Shown here: one piece after another, positions 39,578 through 46,491 of the stretch | Layout: the number at the start of each line of letters is the position of its first letter | Position numbering within the stretch: the stretch's first letter is position 1 | Assembly: GCA_963663405.2 (NCBI GenBank) | Contig: CAXXSM010000008.1 | Coordinates: forward strand, 1-46,491 | Direction: 5' to 3' | Source of the DNA: a bacterium | Lineage (GTDB): Bacteria; Hinthialibacterota; Hinthialibacteria; Hinthialibacterales; Hinthialibacteraceae | DNA: 46,491 nt | Notes under the pieces: model-generated | What the model saw: the letters and a program-made list of their open reading frames with translations, nothing else | Databases searched by the model: none | What the model was told of the DNA's origin: nothing | Position numbers and translations under genes: made by a program

Positions 39578-40978
39578 TCAATCATCAATCATCATCGTCT
39601 CTTCCACTTCCTCCACTGTTTTCGGTATTGGTTTCCCTAATACATGGCGCCCGTCCGCTTGAACAAGTACATCGTCTTCAATTCGAATGCCGCCAAAATC
39701 ACGGTAGGATTCGACCGCTTTGTAATTGATGAACTCCGCGCATTGATTCTCAGCCTTCCACCGGTCGATCAATTGAGGAATGAAATAAAGGCCCGGTTCG
39801 ACTGTTACGACAAATCCTTCATCTAATTCTCTCGCCAATCTAAGGGATTTCCAACCAAAAACAGGATTGCGCGTAATCGTTTCCGTGTATCCAACGTAAT
39901 CTTCTCCCAGGTCTTCCATATCATGCGCGTCCAGTCCCATCATATGTCCCAACCCACATTGAAAGAACAACGTATGCGCGTTCGCCTGCACGGCTTCTTC
40001 CACATCCCCACGGATTAATCCCAGTTCCTGCAATCCTTGTGTTAGATATTGACAAGCGAGAAGATGAACGTCACGGAATGGCGTCCCCGGCTGAATCGCT
40101 TCAATCGCTTTGGTTTGCGCGTTTAAAACGATGGAATAGATTTCCTTCTGTTGCTGTGTAAATGTACCGCTGATGGGAATTGTTCGCGTGATGTCGCTCG
40201 CGTACTGCAGAGGCGATTCCGCCCCGGAGTCGTTGACGGCGATATCCCCAGCGTTCATCTGGTTTCCATGTCCGTGATTGTGCAGCGTTTCTCCATGGAT
40301 CGAAAAAATCGTAGGAAAAGCCAACCGGCCGCCATAGGAAAGAGCGATCCCTTCCATAACTCCGGCGATTTCTCGCTCAAAAAGTCCTGGTTTCGACTGT
40401 TTCATCGCCGCCGTCTGCATTTCATAGGCGATATCGAGAGCGCTTTCAATTTGCTCAATTTCTTCGGTTTCCTTGATTGATCGTTGCGCGATCACGGCCT
40501 TGATTAAAGTCACGGAAGCGTGTTCCTGGATCGACTCATTGGGAACGCCTGTCAGTTGCGCGATTTTCAATGCGTTTTCCGGCCTATAGGGTGGAAGAAA
40601 ATGAATGGGCGCTTTCCCGCATAGAGCCGCTTCGATAACCGTTTGCAATTGACGTAATGGAGCCGTTTCATACACACCGGCTTTTTCACATCGTTCACTC
40701 AACGCCGGTTGAGGCCCCGTCCAGACAATATCATCCATCGTCAAATCATCGCCGAAGATAATTTCTTTTTCACGCTCCACATCGATCACAGCCGCCAATC
40801 CCGGATGATCCAAACCAAAGTAATAGAGAAACGTGCTGTCTTGCCGGAACGGATAGCAATTATCCGCATAATTCATAGGGCTTTCCTCATTCCCCAATAA
40901 CAAGATCAATCCAGACTGGACTCGTTCCTTCAATCGTCTCCGGCGTTCAACATAAATAGAAGTGGCAAACATTTTCAT
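39578..40978 (-). CDS. pepP: Xaa-Pro aminopeptidase (M24B)
   Basis: YPFRQDSTFLY, DSG...YASDITRT, GHMMGLDAHD, TVEPGLY, GIRIEDD. Confidence 0.92.
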   Translation of the reverse strand: MKMFATSIYVERRRRLKERVQSGLILLLGNEESPMNYADNCYPFRQDSTFLYYFGLDHPGLAAVIDVEREKEIIFGDDLTMDDIVWTGPQPALSERCEKAGVYETAPLRQLQTVIEAALCGKAPIHFLPPYRPENALKIAQLTGVPNESIQEHASVTLIKAVIAQRSIKETEEIEQIESALDIAYEMQTAAMKQSKPGLFEREIAGVMEGIALSYGGRLAFPTIFSIHGETLHNHGHGNQMNAGDIAVNDSGAESPLQYASDITRTIPISGTFTQQQKEIYSIVLNAQTKAIEAIQPGTPFRDVHLLACQYLTQGLQELGLIRGDVEEAVQANAHTLFFQCGLGHMMGLDAHDMEDLGEDYVGYTETITRNPVFGWKSLRLARELDEGFVVTVEPGLYFIPQLIDRWKAENQCAEFINYKAVESYRDFGGIRIEDDVLVQADGRHVLGKPIPKTVEEVEETMMIDD

Positions 40979-41046
40979 TCCTTAATAATCTGCAGGCCGA
41001 AGGCCAAAGAACTCTCCTTCAGCCTTCAGTCTTCAACCTAATCAAC

Positions 41047-42486
41047 CTATCTTCGATCCGGATGTTTCCCCCATTCCCGCGCGCGGATAGGATCGAAATC
41101 GGAATTGACCGATGGCATTTCCGCTCCGACAGATTTTCGCCAGGCGATTAGGTTTTGGTGTAATGACCGTGTAATCTCGGGAAGCGTATGGGCTAAATTA
41201 TTTTTCTCACCGATATCATCTTTTAGGTTGTAAAGTTCAAACCGGTGATCCTCGTAAAATTCGATTAACTTCCATTCTCCCTCACGGATCGAGCCAGCGG
41301 GGGTGGAATGGTGATAGTGCGGATAATGCCAATAGATCGCCCGATCCTTGAATTCTCCGCTTTGTGTCAAGAGTGGAAGGAGGCTCTGTCCATCGAGCGT
41401 ATGCTCCGGCGCCGGTTTGGCTTCCGCAATCTCTAAAAAGGTGGGATAAAAATCAACGCTGGTCACAGGCGTGTCACAAACACTGCCAGGTTCGATAACA
41501 CCGGGCCATCGTACGATCAGTGGTTCTCGCACTCCACCTTCGTACAAGGTTCCTTTCTCATCCCGCAACGGCGCGTTAGTGGAAACAATCGGACCGTTCC
41601 CTGTATAAATCTGGCGCAGCCCGCCATTGTCCGAGAAAAAGACAACCACCGTTCGTTTCGCAAGGTCGAGATCATCGATTGTCTTTAGTATGCGTCCTAC
41701 GCTCTGGTCGACATGCTCGACCATCGCCGCGTAGATCGGATTGTTGACACCGGTCGCTGGTTTCGGTTTCTTCTCATATTTCTCGATCAACTCTTGACGG
41801 GCTTGAAGCGGGATATGCACGGCGTAATGAGTGAGAAACGCGCAGAAAGGCCGGTCCCGGTTCGCTTTGATGAATTTCTCACATTCCGTTGTAAGCGTTT
41901 CCGCCAAATAGGGATCGTCTTCCACATCGATTGGAGGCGTAGTCTGGAATTTTACATGGGAGCCACTTGATACTAACATCGAATCAAAGCCCTGTTTGTC
42001 AGGATAATAATCGCGGCCGCCTAGATGCCACTTGCCAAAGAGTCCGGATGTATAACCAGCGGGTTTGAGCGCTTCGGCGATCGTGACTGCTTCGAGAGGG
42101 AGATACTGTTGCCGGTTTATTGGAACCCGCAGTTTTTCATAGGGGCGCCAGTGTCCAGTAATGAAATCGGTAATCCCCACCCGCGCCGGATACTGACCCG
42201 CGATAATACTCGCGCGTGTCGGTGAACAGACTGGGCAGGCCGCGTACGCGTCCGTGAATCGCATCCCTTGAGCCGCAAGGCGGTCAATATTCGGTGTTTC
42301 GTGAAATGGATGGCCGTAACACCCTAAATCAGGCCATCCCATATCGTCGATGAGAATAAAGACGAAATTCGGTTTTTCATGTGAAACAGCCGCATGAGAC
42401 ACCACATCCATCCAGCAGGACGCCCCCAACACGCCCAAACCGGCTGTCTTGATGAAATTACGTCTGTTAAAGATCGATTCACTCAT
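41047..42486 (-). CDS. Tat-exported formylglycine-dependent sulfatase
   Basis: NRRNFIK, PNFVFILIDD, CSPTRAS, GKWHLG, SDNGG, YEGGVR; likely start 42486. Confidence 0.94.
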   Translation of the reverse strand: MSESIFNRRNFIKTAGLGVLGASCWMDVVSHAAVSHEKPNFVFILIDDMGWPDLGCYGHPFHETPNIDRLAAQGMRFTDAYAACPVCSPTRASIIAGQYPARVGITDFITGHWRPYEKLRVPINRQQYLPLEAVTIAEALKPAGYTSGLFGKWHLGGRDYYPDKQGFDSMLVSSGSHVKFQTTPPIDVEDDPYLAETLTTECEKFIKANRDRPFCAFLTHYAVHIPLQARQELIEKYEKKPKPATGVNNPIYAAMVEHVDQSVGRILKTIDDLDLAKRTVVVFFSDNGGLRQIYTGNGPIVSTNAPLRDEKGTLYEGGVREPLIVRWPGVIEPGSVCDTPVTSVDFYPTFLEIAEAKPAPEHTLDGQSLLPLLTQSGEFKDRAIYWHYPHYHHSTPAGSIREGEWKLIEFYEDHRFELYNLKDDIGEKNNLAHTLPEITRSLHQNLIAWRKSVGAEMPSVNSDFDPIRAREWGKHPDRR

Positions 42487-42785
42487 AAGTTGTCTCCTAT
42501 TCCCAGGGGGATTGAGCATTTATATAATTCATCCGGCAAGTGAGTATATATTAAAGCCAATTCATCATGAAATCCGAATAGCAGGAATAATACCATTGGA
42601 TAAATCATTATAATCCGTAGAAAAAAGTGATTTACAGTAAGATAAGATGAGTCACGCTTTATTGACCTGCCGGGAACTTAAGTAATACCAGTTCGTTGCT
42701 ATGATACATACTTTGGAATCGATTGAATGAATTCACATATCAATTAAGTTTTATTCATTTCATACCATCTATAGGAAATACAAGA

Positions 42786-43814
42786 ATGTTCTGGAAAAAA
42801 AAGACAGACACAGTTAATAGCGCCAGCGCCGTACAGGACGCTGGCGCGGCGGAACCAAAGAAAAAAGGATTATTTTCAAAACTGCGGGAACGCCTGCGAG
42901 CGACACGGGAATCCATCACCCAAAAAGCGCTGAATCTGTTCCAGATGCGCGGAAAGATCGATAATGATCTGCTGGACGATCTGGAAGAAATCTTGATCTC
43001 CGCCGACGTCGGAGTGGATACGACAATGGCGTTGATTGAGGAACTGCGTGAGCGCATTAAACGGGAAAAAAAAAGTAATTCAACAGATGTCAACTGGCTC
43101 ACCAGCGTTCTGCAAGAATTAATGCGGGAAACACTCGAGCAAGGTTCCCGTGAACTCAAAGAAGCCAGTGAAGGCCCTAGTATCTATCTGATCGTCGGTG
43201 TAAACGGAGTCGGAAAAACCACAGCCATTGGTAAATTGGCTCATCGTTTAAAAAATGAAGGTAAACAAGTGCTTTTAGTCGCCGCCGATACCTTCCGCGC
43301 CGCTGCGATTGAACAGCTTGAAATCTGGGCGAAACGCGCGGATGTCCCTATCGTCCTGGGAACCGAAGGCGCCGATCCCTCGTCGGTCGTCTTTAACGCC
43401 ATGTCGGCCGCGCGAACGCAGAATCCGGATGTTGTGATCATTGACACTGCCGGGCGTTTACATACAAAAGTCAATCTCTTGCAGGAATTGGCGAAAATGT
43501 CACGTGTGATCTCACGCGAATTCGAGGAAGCGCCGCAGGAAACAATTCTTGTTCTTGACGCCTCAACCGGTCAAAACGCCTTGGCGCAGGCGAAAACATT
43601 TCAAGAATCCTGCGGCCTAACCGGATTGATTCTCACCAAATTAGATGGTACCGCGAAAGGTGGAATCGTTCTCTCCGTCCATAAACAGATGGGCGTTCCC
43701 GTGAAATTCATCGGTGTCGGAGAAGCCATCGATGACCTGGAACCTTTCAATCCGGACGCCTTTACAAAAGCCCTCTTCGGTCAAGAAAATGAAGAAAACG
43801 AGGATCCTGAATAA
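42786..43814 (+). CDS. ftsY: Signal recognition particle receptor FtsY
   Basis: GVNGVGKTT, DTFRAAA, DTAGR, TKLDGTAKGG, GVGE; likely start MFWKKK at 42786. Confidence 0.96.
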   Translation: MFWKKKTDTVNSASAVQDAGAAEPKKKGLFSKLRERLRATRESITQKALNLFQMRGKIDNDLLDDLEEILISADVGVDTTMALIEELRERIKREKKSNSTDVNWLTSVLQELMRETLEQGSRELKEASEGPSIYLIVGVNGVGKTTAIGKLAHRLKNEGKQVLLVAADTFRAAAIEQLEIWAKRADVPIVLGTEGADPSSVVFNAMSAARTQNPDVVIIDTAGRLHTKVNLLQELAKMSRVISREFEEAPQETILVLDASTGQNALAQAKTFQESCGLTGLILTKLDGTAKGGIVLSVHKQMGVPVKFIGVGEAIDDLEPFNPDAFTKALFGQENEENEDPE

Positions 43815-43832
43815 AAAATCCGAGGTTAAACC

Positions 43833-44330
43833 ATGCGTAAAACGATCATTATCGCATCAGCGGTTTCATTTGTACTAGTGATTAGCGTTGTTCTAACTAC
43901 AGAACACACCCTATGGAGTCAGGAATCGTTAGACTTAAAACAGTCCATTCCACAATCCGCGATTGATAGTGTTACACCAAGTGTAACTAAACCTGGCCCC
44001 GGCAAGAATATGAAAGTCCTTAGCTTTGCAAACATGAATGAGTTGAAAGAATATATGGACGAAATGACGAAATCACTCGGTGTCACATGTAAATATTGCC
44101 ATGATCTCAGAGAAATCTGGAGAGATACGGAACATAAACAAATGGCGCGTGATATGATTCTCATTCAAAAAGAGTTTGACAAACGCATCGACCGCTTCCG
44201 GGATACATTCATCAAAGAAGACTCGGAAACACTCGAACAACACCAAAAAGACAACCGCCTCTCCTGCTTCACATGCCATCGAGGCCAGATCATCCCGCAA
44301 AACGACAGATCAAACTTAATTGGAAAATAA
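43833..44330 (+). CDS. Exported diheme c-type cytochrome (PufC-like half domain)
   Basis: Signal or anchor sequence; M...SLGVTCKYCH, ARDMI, SCFTCHRG. Confidence 0.85.
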   Translation: MRKTIIIASAVSFVLVISVVLTTEHTLWSQESLDLKQSIPQSAIDSVTPSVTKPGPGKNMKVLSFANMNELKEYMDEMTKSLGVTCKYCHDLREIWRDTEHKQMARDMILIQKEFDKRIDRFRDTFIKEDSETLEQHQKDNRLSCFTCHRGQIIPQNDRSNLIGK

Positions 44331-44374
44331 TTTTCGTATAATACATTGTATATATTGTATTTAGAATATTTTAG

Positions 44375-45088
44375 TTAAGAAGGATTATTAAGAGCGGTAT
44401 CCCGCAAAAAACCTTCCGCTCTTACGTTGATGGGATTCCTGCCGCTGGATGTATTGCAGTAATATAAATGCCTGAACTGCAGATCAATCTCAATTCCATC
44501 GATTTCTCCAAACAATCGATTGCAAACGGGTCGGCCAGCTTCCGAAGCGATCCGTTCTTCAACGGCTGTTTCATCTGCTACTACCATCTTTCCCCCTTTG
44601 AATTTTGCGTCAAAAACCCGTTTTGCCTTCATTCCGCTGGTTTTACTTTCCAATGCCGCCGCGCCTCCCCCGCCTCGCGCGTACGCTGGAATCATCCCAT
44701 ACGACATATTTAAACCATATTTCACCCCTCCATTTTCCCATTTCACACCGGTATTCACGGGTATATTGCCGGCGATCGTGGAAAATACAATTTTATATGG
44801 CATCTGCGCTTGAATGATCTCATCCCCGATAGTGCCTTTTAACCGTGTATTGACAGGAAACGCGCCACCGCAGTTGGGAATGATGGAATGACTTAACCTT
44901 AAATCGACAGGGATTCCTTCAATCTCTCCAATCAATTTCGTGTTAATCGGAATATTGCCCATTAATGAGCTGAAAATGATGGAATACTGTAACTCTAATG
45001 AAACGGGAACACTCCCTTTGGCCCGCACTGTATCTTTTAACGAATTTAGGGCTTGACCCATAATGCAATCTCCAAAACCGTTGTTCAA
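44375..45088 (-). CDS. Hypothetical protein with internal P(I/V)N(T/V) repeats (likely start 45061)
   Basis: Long ORF; GGAG RBS before MGQ; repeats GNIPINT, GAFPVNT, GNIPVNT, RNPINV. Confidence 0.7.
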   Translation of the reverse strand: MNNGFGDCIMGQALNSLKDTVRAKGSVPVSLELQYSIIFSSLMGNIPINTKLIGEIEGIPVDLRLSHSIIPNCGGAFPVNTRLKGTIGDEIIQAQMPYKIVFSTIAGNIPVNTGVKWENGGVKYGLNMSYGMIPAYARGGGGAAALESKTSGMKAKRVFDAKFKGGKMVVADETAVEERIASEAGRPVCNRLFGEIDGIEIDLQFRHLYYCNTSSGRNPINVRAEGFLRDTALNNPS

Positions 45089-45272
45089 TTTCGTAATCTT
45101 CGATAAGGATTAACCTTAAAATTGTACTCGATTCAGACAAAGATAATATCCCTCTGAATCGCAATCAATATACAAACTATCATGATTGTGATCTCAATCA
45201 TGTTGGTGTCTATGAAATATTTTACACAATCTCATGCAGGATTGATTTTTTGTACATTCAGAAAAATTTTGA

Positions 45273-45303
45273 TTGACAGAATACGAAAATGTGGCATTAT
45301 AAT
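45273..45303 (+). promoter_or_regulatory. Candidate sigma70-type promoter
   Basis: Perfect TTGACA at 45273, followed by TG-g-CATTAT (16-nt spacer) or TATAAT (19-nt spacer). Confidence 0.45.
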
Positions 45304-45911
45304 TATAGTATCAGGGTTGAGGGTAAGAATCGGCCTATGGTTGCCAGTTAGGTGGTATGAAGGATCGAGCGAACCAAGACGCCGGTTGAACAATCCCTGA
45401 TATGGATCGTTCAATCGCGGGCTTGTCAGCAATTTCCAAAATACTCCTTTCCTAAACCGGTCTGCATTGCGGGAATCTTCCTTTCCCATTCTCAGTATTA
45501 CATCCGAAGCCGAATTCACATTGACGGCGCTTTTCAGCGGCGTGATATGAAAATGAATTAACGGGATTTACCCATTCGTGATTTCTTCCACAACTCATTT
45601 TCATGTTCGCGTTTTGATTGTGAATTATGATGCGCTTCCATGTGCATGAGTATGCGAGTCGTTTGTGAAACACTCTCATCTTATGTCATGGCGTGTTACG
45701 TACTGCCTTGAAAAGGCGCCCGCCTGTATTGGAAGCGCAACCCTTTGTGAACCGGCCAATTCCAACTTTTTCCGATCCGGAAAAAGAAAGCCGAAAGCCC
45801 GTATCTATTGCGGGGCGCTACTTGAATGGGTCTCAGAGCGCGCAGGAGCGCGTCTCATACAAGGAGACCCAACTTTATCCTTTTTAAAGGTTTATAGATA
45901 CAAGGAGAAGA

Positions 45912-46491
45912 ATGATGAAGACAGGCAATCCCTCACCCGAAGAAAAAGGAAATCGTAATACGACAGGAATTGTAGTGACGGGCTTGGTGACCATTGTCGG
46001 CTCCTGGGTCGGCATGGCGGCCTACATGGATTACCGGATTCAGAACATCGAGAAAAAATTGTCGAATGAAACGAAGCAAATCGCTTCGACACTCGTCAAC
46101 AACCAGAGCGCATTGGACAGCAAACTTAAGCAACCTATCCTCTACAATCGTCTCTAAGGTCGATGACACCTCTTCCGTGTTGGCGTCCGGTATTTTAGAT
46201 TTGACTAAAAAAGAAGAAAACCGTCATACGCAGACAATTCAAGCCATTAACTCGAATGGGGATACATTAGAAAAGAAACACCAAGAAATCGCTTCATTAA
46301 TCTCCAGCAATCAAGAAACACAATCCAAAGAATTCAACAAAGCAATCACCGCCATAACCGATACACAAGAAAAACAAACCCAGATTCTTTCCTCGATAGA
46401 GAAAGAAAACGGCGCCAATGCGCAAACGATCCTCGACGCGCTCAAAACCACCAACGAAACCGCCCAGAAGACCGAATCCAACCTTGTCGCT
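45912..46491 (+). CDS. Membrane-anchored coiled-coil-like hypothetical protein; frameshift near 46128; runs off the right edge
   Basis: RBS AAGGAG; one TM segment. After a 1-base shift at AAACTTAAGC the frame SNLSSTIVSKVDD... stays open to the end of the window. Confidence 0.65.

Noticed and set aside
41016-41048. Short CCTTCAG-like heptamer repeats
   Set aside because: Only 3-4 degenerate copies; too weak to interpret.
1248-46169. Numerous short antisense or overlapping ORFs in the six-frame track (e.g. 9498-10016, 22280-22930, 37353-37913, 42755-43159)
   Set aside because: They are shadows of well-supported genes on the opposite strand or in another frame, with no recognisable motifs.

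Overview
Bacterial DNA, probably from a poorly characterised Gram-negative lineage. Two orphan prepilins with an AVPNFLNAQ(V/I)RAK motif and several Tat-tagged enzymes resemble Ca. Hinthialibacteria/Sumerlaeota-type genomes (inference only). The left ~17 kb is one minus-strand surface-protein locus and is the main finding. Three unrelated secreted 'tip' proteins end in the same ~194-aa module, which stops after the first ~33 residues of a cadherin domain (NDAPTDI-LS---IQENAGNAVVGDLST-DPDN*). A separate giant repeat 'stalk' gene begins, directly after its signal peptide, with the missing remainder of that domain (DTHTYSLVSGAGD...LNYE...Y-VRIQ-DDG-GG...F-ITVTD). This suggests a modular adhesin assembled by split-domain complementation, with interchangeable tips. 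Two sulfotransferases (one fused to an AlkP/NPP domain and TPRs) and a stand-alone PEP-CTERM-like peptide lie in the same locus. The stalk gene is interrupted by a 1983-bp ISL3 element with an 8-bp target duplication. It also carries many single-base homopolymer indels, probably sequencing errors. The rest of the window holds a TIR relic, a vapBC module, carbohydrate and sugar-acid enzymes, a radical SAM protein, NamZ, an HD-GYP regulator, PepP, a sulfatase, ftsY, a diheme cytochrome and hypothetical proteins. No rRNA, tRNA or CRISPR array was recognised.
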